Shown here piece after piece: positions 1-13,073 of a stretch of DNA of 64,000 nucleotides. Every line of letters starts with the position of its first letter. Positions within the stretch are counted from its first letter, which is position 1. The translations under genes and the position numbers were made by a program. The notes below the pieces were generated by a model, which was given only the letters and a program-made list of their open reading frames with translations, did no database searches and was not told the origin of the DNA. Origin of the DNA: Bigelowiella natans CCMP2755 (taxonomy: Eukaryota > Protista > Cercozoa); assembly GCA_000320545.1 (NCBI GenBank), contig ADNK01003512.1, positions 1 through 64,000 on the forward strand, written 5' to 3'.

Positions 1-52
<52 letters not shown>
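1..52. repeat. (TA)n microsatellite, intronic
   Basis: Perfect TA run. Confidence 0.95.
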
Positions 53-59
<7 letters not shown>

Positions 60-217
60 GTATATGTATTAAACATAGCTTCATCTACACACTGTGTCAA
101 CATTATAATCGTTAATGTCATCTCAAATTTTTTGAAAAAAAGTCAATCTGGTGTGGAAACGCGGATTTCATCAATGCTATGTTACTTGCTGGGAAGAAAT
201 GTAAAAGAGCCACTTAC

Positions 218-420
218 ATCATCCACATAGGATTGGAGAACATGTAGGCGAAGCAATCAATAAGGGATCCGTCGAATTGGACGCAGGTGTGGTAGACAAT
301 CATGATGAACATCGGGGTCGTAAACATGAGGAACAATGGCCCCATTATGTCCCGAATCCACCCTGGAAACAGTTCCCGGCTGGTTTCTCCTTCGCATTGC
401 GACCAATCTTTGGCTCCCAT
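218..420 (-). CDS. DHCR7: 7-dehydrocholesterol (sterol delta-7) reductase, exon 1 only; the gene continues off the left edge
   Basis: The translation RDIMGPLFLMFTTPMFIMIVYHTCVQFDGSL resembles the first TM segment of DWF5/DHCR7-type reductases. The ORF ends at a GTAAGT donor (minus strand, 217). Confidence 0.65.
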
Positions 421-1900
421 GTGGTCGAATTCGTACTGTACTACTGTGAACCTGAAAAGTCTATGCTGGCCACGGGGTGTGTGTCTGTGAGGCAGCGATT
501 CAGAGATTCCAGTGGCAAAAGTTTGTTGTCAATAGTAATCTGAAAGGCATAAAAATTTACTTCTGCGACTTGATATATTCCATGTATCTCTGGGAAATCA
601 ACGGCATTCGGTCCACGTATCGTCGACTGTATCGCAACAAACCGCTTAGGAAATTTCAGACCTTATGTTCGAATACTAATTATTGCGGTTCTGTGCAAAC
701 GCAGGTTATTTTATAAAATTCAGAACGCAACTTAAAACTGATCTTTCAGTCTATGTATAATTTCCCATTGAAAATCATTCAACGACATCTTTCTATCATC
801 GGGTACAGCGGTACAGCATGGGAGAAAAACCTGTGTAAGCTGATTTTTTTAATATCCTCTCAGTGGGTCTGAAAGAATAGTAAACCTTGGAGAGACTAAG
901 AATTTTGATACTTTTTATGCATGCGACGACGGAAAAAGTGGTTCCGGAGAATACGCACCCTACGTCACCTACGTTCTATAATACCGGTAAGCCATTCCTT
1001 CTCGGAGCAACGGAATGCAGTCGGTTTTGATGGAAAAAAAGGAGTGAAGAAAGCACATGTTTTATCTCCTGAAAAATCAAATAATGAGAAGACGTTGGTT
1101 ATTTTGTTGCCCAATGGTAGTCCAGTGAGTCAAGATCCATACGAAAGTACTCGGCATTTTCCTCCAGAAAACAATCTATTTATTTTTGGTTATTTCCAGC
1201 AGTCACGAGTTAGCTACATAGGACACCGAATAGTAATAACAATGGCTAATCACCTACCAGGAATTCCTACTTACGACAGGGATAATTTGTTGTCGTCTTT
1301 TCCCCTGATATGAGCGAACGAGAAATTTCTCTGTACGAAAAATATCAAGAAAATCCCATTTCTACCCCAGGTAGATCTAGATCTACATGCAGATCCAGAC
1401 TCCTCCATCCATACCTGACTTACGACAGGAGATGATTCTAGGTAAATTTAGCTTAAAATGCATTCCGTTTCTTTCTCTGAGTGATTCAGCGTAGTTGTTC
1501 CTTTTTCATTGTTCCTCTTCTTCGTCGTCGTCTCCCCTCCCAATCACCAGATCTACTCACTGCTACCTACCCATCCCAAAAGCCTCCAACAGCCCACCTA
1601 GTATGCTCTTGATCCGACAAAAAATTCACCCTTCATTTGTGATGACGGATCAGGGAAAGCATTAGTTGTTCATGCTTTCTCGATCCAATACACTGTGCAG
1701 GAAAGCGAAGGATTTTTTGCCAATTATACAGCATTTAAGATTACGCAGCCATGCTTTTCTAGCAGATGCTGACTGAACAAATTGGCTTATCATCAACGTT
1801 TTCCTCAACTCTAACATATTTACTTTGACCTCATAGGTAGACACGGTCGTGGGTTGTAAACCACAGACTTTACAGAAGAGGCTGGAATATCTTGTTTGCC

Positions 1901-2041
1901 ATGGCAGTCACAGATAATGATTTCGCAAAGAGGTTGTACTTACGTCTACATAAGCATTTGGACTATTCTTGCTTTACATTTTCGCGCTAACAGCGTAACA
2001 TTTGCACATACAATCTTGTAAATATTATATGCTCTCTCTCT

Positions 2042-2099
<58 letters not shown>

Positions 2100-2136
2100 A
2101 CATATATACATACTAATATACATATGTATATATGTA

Positions 2137-2178
<42 letters not shown>

Positions 2179-2609
2179 CGTGTGTGTTACAGAGTTGATG
2201 AATTGATATCTTGGTTGAGGAAAAATGGTGCTAAGTTTCCCAAGGTGGGTGACCGATTATTGAATAATTCATCATCCCTTTTCATTTTTGGAGCGGATTA
2301 ATAATTCCCAAGGCAGGATATCTTCTAGGAAGCCAGCTCTAATATTTTGCTTTTATTCCTCATTAGATTTCAACACGCATCGGCCTTTTGCAAAATATCT
2401 TGTAGCGTTAATCACCACCGCACTAAACAACAGTGTGAAAAATTGAATAGGTGACATTATCTCGTTACGCTGATGAAGGGAGAGATCTGCGAGCAAGTGA
2501 GCCGATCAAAGCAGACGAAGAGGTAAGGCTAGGATTGTTAATTTTGTCAAACCTGTTACTTTGTGGTTTGCATAACTGAAAGCGAAAATGTACTCCTGAT
2601 GTATGTGAT

Positions 2610-2646
<37 letters not shown>

Positions 2647-3355
2647 TTGAAATTAGATCCTTTACATTCCAAGGAAGTGCATTATCGAAGTTCAACAGGT
2701 GCCTCACTTGCTTGCTGATAATCTTTCGCCTTTATCCCATCGTCGTCGTCGTAGTAGTTGTCATGATGAGAGCAACTAATCTGCACATTGACATCATCAT
2801 CATCATCATCCTTATCATTTCTTTTGTTTTGTCACAGGGGAAAGAGTGCAAAATTGGCCGTGCTGTTAAAGCAGAGGTCGTTCATTACGTCGTATTGTCA
2901 TGGATTATTCCAGCAAACATGCTGCTCCTAAATAGATGGTGGTGGCTTGATGGTGTAACGAAATAATGGCGTGGGTGTTGTTTTTAAGATGGAGGATTTT
3001 CGTAGGAGGAGGAGTAATCTGTGACTTATTTATTGTGTTGCACAAACGGTTGAGTTGTCATTAAAAAAATTGTTGTTGTTATTGTTGTTGTTGTTTTAGG
3101 CCAAGGGATGGGTATCAGGGCATACGTACTTGGCTATTCGAATGCTTACGGAACGTGATCTAGGCGATAAGTCTTTCTTCGCACCGTGGTTTGGAGGTCA
3201 GTCAGCAAGAGTGAGATGTGGTGGTGGTGGTGGTGGTGGTGGTGGCTGTAGCAGTTCATGGTAGTAGTAGTAGTAGTAGTAGTCGTGGTAGAAGTCGTAC
3301 AACCTCAGTCGCAAAGACGATGATATACTACATTTTTAAAGTAGTAACACACAAT

Positions 3356-3394
<39 letters not shown>

Positions 3395-4180
3395 TATAGA
3401 AGTTCTAAGTGGCTGAATTGCCCATGGATATATTGATCACACGTATATAAATATGCACACGCACACACGCACACACGCACACACTTATGCAGTACAATTG
3501 TCTGCTGTGTCTCTGTGTCTTTTTCTGATGCTGTTGTTGCTGTTGTTGCTGTTATTTTCGTAGTTTTGCCATCCAACTACCAAAAGCAGGGAATGCCCCA
3601 ATATTGGACGGATGAGCAGAAAGCAGAGGTATTAGTAAGTAGTAGTGCTCTTAATAGTTTGTTGTAATAGTATTAGTAGTATCAGAAGGGGGGTGGGCCT
3701 TGTGTGTGAGTGCATAGGTCGCTATTCGTCTCATTCTCTACTCCTCCTCCTCCTCCTCCTCCTCCTCCTCCCTTGTCTTCTTCTTGTTGTTGTTGTCCTT
3801 GTACTTTTTGAGATTGCTTACACAAAGACGCTAGCTAAAACAAACGCAGTGGTTGCCGCAATAAAAGAGGTAGATAGGTAGGTAGGTAGGTAGGTAGAAT
3901 GGCGGCGAACACACTTTCTCACTCACTACCATTTCCTATCTGCGTAGTAGTAGTGTGTGAAGCAAATCGTTAACTATCACCATCGTTTCACTGTTGACGA
4001 TGTATAGGACAAGTCATATAAAGCCTTCTATCTGCTGTTGTGTCTTTCTGCCTATTCCAATTTGTGTGTGTGTGTGTGTGTGTGTGTGTTTTGGGGGGGG
4101 GTGTCGACTGATAGATGTGGGAGCGAATATCACAAGTCAAGGCAGTGCAACAGGTGGTCTACTACAGACAAATAATATAA

Positions 4181-4214
<34 letters not shown>

Positions 4215-4316
4215 AACGATCGTTTTTGCTTGTGTTGTTTTTGATTGGCCAAACATCAGCATTATTTGTATTGCTACAATACATACTATACCCACACACA
4301 CATACACACAGAGAGA

Positions 4317-4354
<38 letters not shown>

Positions 4355-6059
4355 CAACACAGACTAACATATATTGCAGGCCGGCTGGACACTGGAGGAT
4401 TTCGCATGGGCGCGCTACACTGTTCTCACACGCACTTTCGGAGTGGAAATTGGCAAAAGAGAGGCAACGGTTTTATGCTTTAAGAGAGAGAGACCGACAG
4501 AGAGGGGGAGAGAGGGTTGATTGATTGATTGACTGATTGGGGAAGTATTTGCCAACACCTATCATTGCCGTTATTCCTCAACATCGTCGTCCTCGTCCAA
4601 TTTCATGTGAAACAACCACCAACACGACGTACATAAACCATCACCTATCTTTAAATTTCTCGAGTAGTCTCGATCACCTATCTACGATATTCTCGTAGTA
4701 GTCTTCTCGACTTACTGGTTATGATCTCAACAAGATGAGCTATCCATCCATTCATCCATTCATCTTATCGTGTTGCTGCTCATGTTGATGTAGTATGCAT
4801 CATGTGAGTATTCATAATAATCGTGTATATAATATCAGGTGATGGTCCCATTGGCAGATATGGCTAATCACGAGGTACGTAGTAGTGCGAATATACTAAT
4901 ACTAATAATACTAATACTACTACTAGTAGTAGTAGTAGTAGTGTGAAACAAGATGGAGGAGGAGGAGGAGGAGGAGGCTATCATTGCGTGAGGAGATGGT
5001 ATTCTTGTGCGTACATGTACTAGCTGCGAATTTCCGGCACTAGTACACAGTAAATGATGTGCGTTGTCTTAAAGACGATGAGTAGGAAGAGACGATGAAG
5101 AAGAAGAAGAAGAAGAATGTTTTTATCAAAGCGATGATTCGTTGGTTGGTTGGTTGATGTTCTGAACAAACCATCGTTCGTCGCTAGTAGCACCGCATGA
5201 TTATTATATGTTACTCATGATCTTATATGTTACTCCTCGGCGTACGCAGTTTGATCGACCAAGTCGGTGGAAATACGATGACAAAAAGAGTGGATTTGTT
5301 GTCAAGGTAACAATCAATTAAATAACAGCTAAGAATTGTACTACACCAGAGAGTGGTGGTGTCAATCATTAAAGTACTAAACAATATAGCAGTAGGAACA
5401 AGACGCTAATTAAGAAAACAAATTTAAAATAAAACAATTATCGTCATGGTCATGTATTGTATCCCCCCCCCCCATTGGTTATTCACGGTATCAGCCGGCT
5501 ATCAATAGTTTGACTGTATCACCACAAATACTACTACTACTACTACTTCTACTACTTCTACTGCTGCTCTTAATACAACGCATGCTTGTCAGGTGGTCCG
5601 TGATTTAGAGACTGGAGTCAACTTAACGGATACCTACGGGAGCAAGGTGCTGCTCGTAATCATATCATCATTCATCATCCTCTGCAACCAAGAAAAAGGA
5701 CAACAAATACCAACTCCTCCTCCTCCTCCTCCTCCCCCTCCCAATACATAATCTGAGCGAAGGAGAAGATATTGTTGTTGTCGGTCTTTAGTCGTCGTCG
5801 TCGTCGTCATTCATTCATTTATTCATGCATGACATGTAGAAGAGAGATGTTGTTGATGTTGATGATGATGATGATGATGATGATGATACCCAAACATTCT
5901 TATTAGGGGAACGATTCGTTTTTGCCGTTCTACGGTTTTTGCTTAGAGCGAAATGAGTTTAACCAAGGTGTGCGGTTAGATGATAGCGACAAGGAGGAGG
6001 ACAAAATTAACGACTGAATACCAATCATAACTTGCTGTCCATACATACAATACATACAT

Positions 6060-6093
<34 letters not shown>

Positions 6094-6146
6094 AAACAAA
6101 ATATGATCATTCTCTCAACTATTATTTACTGCTATAGCTACATAAT

Positions 6147-6178
<32 letters not shown>

Positions 6179-7061
6179 AATGATGGTGATATCTTAATAA
6201 CGGCGTAACAAACAGGACGATTTGTTCTTCCCGTGTCACATATTAACGGTAGTACCTGCAGATCGATTGATTGTCATTGATTACTCGTAGTATTATTCGA
6301 ACAATATTCTCATGTGCGTTGGGGGAAAGAGGAGAGGGTAGTGGGGAAAAGGAAGGGAGTACAGGGAGGAGGGGGGGGGATGGAGGTAGCTTACTGAGGA
6401 GTATTAGTATTAGTAAGAAGAAGAGAAAACAAACCAACTGTTTCTTTCTTCCACAGCTCCATTGCTTCTTTGTCGTAGCCGTTTATGCCTACAATAAATA
6501 CACACACACACACACACACAAACACGCACGTACACACATAATATGTATCCATATAATTAAATAAAGGCCTCAAGGTGCCGTTCTTGAAGAAAATCGCGGT
6601 GTCACGTTGTGCTTACGAGTCGGAAGATGGAAAGGTAGATCTTCCTCTTGCCTTCTTTGCGGTTCCTTCTTTACAGCGTATTTCCAAATTTGTTTGATGA
6701 CTGGAACAAATCCTTCTTCCCCTACTTCTTCTTATTTTGTACTTTCTAATGTCAAGGTGAAGAACATTGATGCCACAACAGACGCAGAGGCGACAGGATC
6801 TAAAAGGGGGGGGAAGGACTTACTGGCGTATTGCCGTGCCCTTGTGCTGCAGAAGGATGAGCTTAGACGGATGATTAAGCGAAGCTCAAAGATGAAACGC
6901 CCAACAGAAAGTCCAGTTTCGTGTGTTAACGAGGCGCGTGCACTTGATCTCATCCGCACAAGCGCCCTGCGTGCTCTTGAAGCATTTAAGACATCGATAG
7001 AAGAGGATGAGGCGATCCTTAATAACGAGAACAAAGCTCCGCGCTTCTCTTGGTGCAACGC

Positions 7062-7099
<38 letters not shown>

Positions 7100-7374
7100 A
7101 ATGCTATGGATGCAATGATGTATGCGTGTATGTATAAAAGTATGTAAAGTAATACTACTACTACTACTACTACTACTACTACGTGCTATTATGATGTCGA
7201 TGGTGTCTTAGGTACCGTAATGCGGTGCTGGCTCGTATCGGAGAAAAGAGAACCCTTAGGTAGTACCAGTAGCAGTTCTTTTCAGTCTGTCCTACCCCTT
7301 ACATCCTCCTATCTCTGCTACTACACCCTTCCTCCTCAACCTTCTTCCCACCTCCCTTAAGATTTTGTCGTAGT

Positions 7375-7412
<38 letters not shown>

Positions 7413-7743
7413 ACATGACGACTCACCACCATGGCATGGTATGGCATAACACCTCCCAGGCATTACATACGGCTAGCAGAAGCTATGAACCCACTATTTG
7501 AGTGCAAATCCATCAAGGAGGTGAGAAATAATGTTAAACATCCATCTCTCTTTATTTCAACAATTGAACACTAATGGTTAAGTGCGTGTATGCGTTTGTA
7601 TTTGTGTGTATGTGCGTGGGTAGATGAGCTCGCGCAAAGAGTTCTTGGATATTCGTTCGGCGAATCGGAGTACTGAATGGGGCTACTACGCCAATAAATA
7701 CCTCGACAAAATCGTTATTCCTTTGGTGAAATCTGGAAAATAG
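1901..7743 (+). CDS. SET-domain protein methyltransferase (SETD3/Rubisco-LSMT-like), about 18-20 short exons
   Basis: Exons flanked by GT..AG give VDELISWLRKNGAKFPK, EGRDLRASEPIKADEE, SFFAPWFG|VLPSNY, DFAWARYTVLTRTFGV, VMVPLADMANHE, TDTYGSK|GNDSFLPFYGF, FKTSIEEDEAIL and YRNAVLARIGEKRTL. These match the SET motifs (PxxDxxNH, YG..N..L..YGF) and the substrate-binding C-terminus. Stop TAG at 7741-7743. Confidence 0.88.
2031..2187. repeat. Compound (CT)n(CA)n(TA)n..(TG)n microsatellite filling an early intron of the SET gene
   Basis: Directly visible. It is representative of dozens of intronic CA/TG, GA/TC, TA, CAT/ATG, TAG/CTA and GGA runs in the window. Confidence 0.9.
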
Positions 7744-9140
7744 AAACCGACTTTAGCCCATCATAAAGAGTCTGACACCAACGAGTAGGATTGTGGTGAC
7801 ATCGTCGTCCGTAGTCAAGTCAGAATAAATGGCAATGTCGAGTATATATGATAAATATTAATTCTATTTTGACCACGATGTATTATCGATATGGTTGAAG
7901 AGTTTCTATATTATATTATATACATGCGTGGTCGAAACAATCGGGGAAATCTCAGCATATACATGAAGCAATTCTTGTTCACTCTGTTTTGCCAGTCTCC
8001 TATTGTTGGCGGTTCTTCGTTCTCTTTATTGTTCCTAGTGTAAGTCACATGTTAAGTTCTAACGTTTTTCCAATGCTTCAGTAACATTTTGATTGCATCG
8101 TTATTGTTTAAATAAGTTTTCTTCAATAGATATAGGTTGCAAAACCATTATTTGGATTTATAAGATATCGTATGCATGCAACCATGCTCTGACCATGCAT
8201 ACTTTAGACTTGGGCATCATTGTTGCTACATCTAGCTAGATGGGTGAGAATCTATGCCGACTATGCAAGATCAATAGCAGCCGTCCTAGCGTCCGCAGGC
8301 CGTGTAGCGTCGTTCTTGTACATCTAGATGTGATGCTCTCGCCCATGTGCAGCGTCATGCAACCACGATACGAATTATAGACATGTAATACCATATATAT
8401 ACTATATATATGATATACCATATATATACTAAATATATGATATTACTGTGTCTATTATACGATTGATGCGATATGATCGCACTCTAGCACTGCTTATTAG
8501 TCACTTTGATTAGTGCATCATGCATGACTAGATGATGGTGCATGCATGTACTGCATCGGTCATTGCGGCGGCGCGTATACTAGCTATGCTGCCGACCGCT
8601 GAGTCTGTTCTTCACTCCTTTCTCATTGTTGCTTGCTGGCATGCTAGCATGGGCGCTATCGATCTAGCTATGAACGGTCGTATGCCTAGCTAGCTAGGTG
8701 CGTACAAGCATGTCAAGATGTGTCAGCTCCACCAGCACTATAGCAGCTAGCTAGCTAGTAGTATAGCTAGATTGGCTCATCGTATGTGTGAACACGTAGT
8801 AGGGTTCGCGTGCACAGATCGGCATGCGGCCATGCTAGCATGTCTAGATGTGTGTACGCTATGGTATTACATATTTTCTATCACGCTGGTATACATCGTA
8901 TACTTTACTGACACTGGAGTTTTCATGCATGCATCTCGCACCCTCGCTGGTCATTAATTAACATCGATGATTTCTAATTCCAGATGCAGTTCCAAAGTAA
9001 AAAAAAGAAAGCCATAAATGATGATGCAAGCACACAATGATTGCACGGGCCAAGCCACGCAGACCGCTAGCTGTACGTAACCAAGGTTGTATTCTCATCA
9101 TCATTTCAATGTTAATGTCGGAAGTGTGCATCATCAATTA

Positions 9141-10481
9141 TTAACAACACTTAAATCCAGTTGTTAGATTTCTGACTATCCTGTCTTTGAGTCTCAAACC
9201 GGCAGACTTTCTCATACTAGCAGCATATTCGGCTGAGATACCATCCCCAAAAGGGCCAAAACCAGCTAGAGTGGTTCCGATTTCGTCACGGTCAGCGGAC
9301 ACAGTAGTTTGCATCCAGAAGAGTGACATCACTGAAGCAAGAACGATGACAGCACCGGCAGTGTGGAGGAGGTCTCGTTCCCAACCTTCATACTCGGCAT
9401 CACGAAAGAATAAAGCGAGGAAATGGCCCCAGAGAACCACCACAACGCTGCTACCGAGCATCGTTGGGGAAGTGAAAACGATCTTGGAGAACGCGCTTAG
9501 AAAGAATGAAGGGGAACAAGCACATGGATTGTCTCTGAAAAACTCATACAGGGATGATATGGTCGGGGCAATAGCTCTTATTTGCTGCAATATTGAGAGG
9601 GCTACAAGGCCTAAAGTAGTTCCATAGGCGATTCGTTCGATTGGATCGACTATTTGCTGACCCCTTAATAGCCCTACTATCATCACTAAACCATCCTCGG
9701 AGATATTTCTGGAAATCGAAAGCATTGCCGATGTGAACAAGTGAAACCCGTCGTTGATATCAGGATTTCCCCTACCACGCAGTTCGTGTTCATATAACAA
9801 CCCGAACTGCTGATCTGTGACATATGCTGTTCCCCGAGAAATTGTGATAGCTTCATAAAGTAGATTCCAAGCTCCAAGGAACAAGGCAACTGACAACCAT
9901 CCCACCACTTCTCTCCCCTTGTCCATAAATTCGATCAGTAAGAACACGTCGGTTACTGTGTCCCAAATGTCTATAATGAATATCACGACTACTTTAGTCA
10001 TACTAGCTCTCACCGAAAAGTATCGCCATAACTCAAAAGGTATGCGTATGATGTAGACATAGATGAGTGTGCAAGAAGTAGCGAAGCAGCTTCCCTTCCG
10101 GTCTTCATTCGTCATTTCACGGCTTTGATTCACCGCGTCCAACACGAGTTGAGCAGCTATAATGACACTTGGGAAGCAACAGCATTTTCGACAGGTAGAG
10201 CTTTCTATAGACTCCCCATTTGCTATACAGACTGTGTTAAGTCGTCCAGCAGCGAGGGGAAAGTCACTCTTTGCCTCTCCCCCCTCAGGACTTCTCGCGC
10301 TAGTAACACCTGACACGGCAAGTTTTTCCAACTGCTCCCCATTCGTGCCCAACACGCTCAACGTTACAATATCATCGTTAATGATAGCAATACTGTCGGT
10401 TGTAGAGGCGTGCTCTGAACTACTAGGTAGCCTTTTGGCCTCGTTGATTTCGTGTGTGCCCATAAGATGAGATGTGGGCAT
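9141..10481 (-). CDS. Intronless multi-pass membrane protein of unknown function (weak XK-family-like motifs)
   Basis: 446-aa ORF with about 6 hydrophobic segments. DIWDTVTDVFL and ISEDGLVMI recall the D..xD and E(D)xPQ motifs of XK-related proteins. Confidence 0.7.
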   Translation of the reverse strand: MPTSHLMGTHEINEAKRLPSSSEHASTTDSIAIINDDIVTLSVLGTNGEQLEKLAVSGVTSARSPEGGEAKSDFPLAAGRLNTVCIANGESIESSTCRKCCCFPSVIIAAQLVLDAVNQSREMTNEDRKGSCFATSCTLIYVYIIRIPFELWRYFSVRASMTKVVVIFIIDIWDTVTDVFLLIEFMDKGREVVGWLSVALFLGAWNLLYEAITISRGTAYVTDQQFGLLYEHELRGRGNPDINDGFHLFTSAMLSISRNISEDGLVMIVGLLRGQQIVDPIERIAYGTTLGLVALSILQQIRAIAPTISSLYEFFRDNPCACSPSFFLSAFSKIVFTSPTMLGSSVVVVLWGHFLALFFRDAEYEGWERDLLHTAGAVIVLASVMSLFWMQTTVSADRDEIGTTLAGFGPFGDGISAEYAASMRKSAGLRLKDRIVRNLTTGFKCC

Positions 10482-10499
10482 CTGAGGACAACCACGAAC

Positions 10500-11620
10500 A
10501 ATTCAGCTGAATTCGATGGTTGCGACATGGGATTTCAGAGCATGAATTAAGAAATTCAAGAATCATCTGAGAATTTGCAACACTACTGAAACACTGATTC
10601 CAGGGACGAAACAGATGGATGCGACATCAGGACAACTGCATTAGGATCCACCGGGGACATCGAATGACCCTCCCAGGTTGCACCCTGCATGGTGCGTGCA
10701 TGCTTCATTCATTCATTCACTCGTTCCCTCTCCCTGGGGATGAGACAAATCGGGAGAAATCCCCGCAACGATGCAGCGTGGCGAGTCCAGAAAGGAAGAA
10801 CAATGCACGAAAGGTCGACTGTGTCCAGCCAGCCGGACCAGCAGGCGTCCAAACATGCACGTCACATGCCCAAGTGCACGATGCTGCACGGACATTCAGG
10901 GTGAGAGTTGTTCATTGTGCGTGCCGCTTGCTAGCTTGGTCTCAAGTGGTGGAGCCGCTCTTTGATCGATCATGGCACGCGCCCACATGCGTTCGATTCG
11001 CAGGCACGTGCAGCGTCGTGCGCAGTCCCAGAGTCATTGAGCACTCTAGCGTTGCTCATCTCACTGCTGTTCAGTCCGACATAGCCGTGCTCTGGTTGAG
11101 ATTGCATTGCTCACAGATTGCATGCAGGACATGCTTGGCGAGCACGTCTAGACGTGGTGTCAAGCAATGATGATGATGGACACAGTGACAATGATGCAAC
11201 TGTGGAATGCATGCAGCGGATGCAAATGCTTTCAAATGCATGAAGCACATGACAGTAGACACAAATGCATGGACACGAAATTAGCCGCTGCTTTGCACAG
11301 CTACATCAGGATGACCATTGAAAAGATTTGATATGATGGACATGCAATGTGTTACATGTACATTGATCACTTCATCACATCTGTCTCGCAATGGGCTTTG
11401 GTTTGCAAAGCCAACGGCATCGCCTGGTGCCACTAGCTAGAATGCAAGTTGAGAAGATTCTTCGTGCGGCTCAGTCGATCACATGCAAGTGCTCGCCAAT
11501 TGAAGCGACTAGCTACCTATTTCACCTTCCATGCAAGGGGGCTGCGAACAATGATAATGATGTGCAATGTGACGATAGATTGGTAACAAGCACATGAACC
11601 AGACAGTGGCATGGAGCATA
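10500..11620. repeat. TpA-depleted, TG/CA-rich degenerate repeat tract
   Basis: Only 9 TA dinucleotides counted in 10561-11310, all in CTA or TAG context. Shares a motif with 24550-24587 and 25209-25253. Confidence 0.75.
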
Positions 11621-11699
11621 CGAAACTTGAAGTCAGAAAATAGACGTTCTGTGTATTGTTGCGAAAATTAATGTCTGAAATGAGGTGACAACATCATCA

Positions 11700-13037
11700 T
11701 TATTCTTCAGCATCCTTGGATATATTCCAGTCTATCCTCATTTAAACTTTTATCCTATGGGATAATGGCTCTTGTTGGCTCCGCGCTACCAGTGTTACCC
11801 ATTGCCCAAGAAAGTCTGAGAAAGAAGCAACACAATGATTGAGAACTACAAATTAAAAAACAGCTATTTCGTGTGTTTATGTAGTGAATGGACTTGATGT
11901 ATTACGTTCGCGAGGGCCTGTCGTGGTGCTCCTGCACCCTCTTGAGATACATCTCGTGATAATTCTAAAGGAGAGAACAAATGAGCAAGAAACATGAAAT
12001 GCACAACGAAACGAAAGAAGTCGACATACAGGGCACATCAAATTAATTCTCATATTGTTTAAAATAGAATGGATAATGCCATTAGTGTTAGAACAGATGC
12101 ACATTTCGATGAACGTGGGGTCTATGGATCACGTAGCAGAAACTAGGTGAGAGTAGAATTTGAAAAAAGTGGGAACTAACATCTTGACTCTGCTGTAGAT
12201 ATCGTAGAAACTCGTTTGGAATCGGCTGCGGCGGTGCTGCAGGCAAGACCGGCAAAACGGGCTTTGGAATAGCAAACTGTTCGCAAAGGCAACAGCAACC
12301 GACGTCATTACATTGATTTTTTAGTTTACAAGAACTTGAGTATATTTTCCGTCAAATACTACTACAATTGCCATAATTATTATTATTACTATTATTATTA
12401 TTATTAGTAGTAGTAGTAGTAGTATTAGTGATCATCCTCCTACTTCTAGTTGTTGTTTACCCCCGCCATGGACTGGGGCACTAACTCCACAGGCTTAGGA
12501 TTTCCAGGACCATATGCTCTGATGATGAGCATGTATCATCCAATCATTAGGAGATAGATACTGTTGTCAATTTCAGCATAGCTCATTGATGAGGCATGTA
12601 GCATCAGCAGCGACGGCACCATATCATTACCCGCTTAGCACTTTCATTGCCCCATTCATTATGTAGGGCTTGACTGCTGGATCTGCCGTGGTGTAACAAA
12701 CCAGATTACAAGGAAGGAAAATAAGTATTGGGATAAGGAGGATGAAAGAAATGATGAACAAGGAACTCAACATGCTATTGGGACACTAACATTGCAAAAC
12801 TGCAAATTTCTTCTACCTGTACCGGTGTAAGCAGTTCGGTAAAGCTGGTGGCAGTGTACAATTATGTCAAGATATTTATAATAGATTAACATTTATTTAA
12901 GGATATCAAAACTCGATAATTTTGTACGGAAAAATTCACGAGGAAGAACGCATATTGCACACAGTAGCAGCTGCACATAACCATTTCACGAAAATAATCG
13001 GTTCTGTACTACCAAATGTGAAGTTCCGCCCAGCCCT

Positions 13038-13073
<36 letters not shown>

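Noticed and set aside
921-1313. 130-aa ORF and a short repeated ACTTACGACAGG motif in the DHCR7/SET divergent spacer
   Set aside because: No recognisable domain, and two copies of a 12-mer are too little evidence for an element.
2002-4524. ORFs with HTHT/CVCV/YIYI/RERE/poly-V runs
   Set aside because: These are translations of intronic microsatellites.
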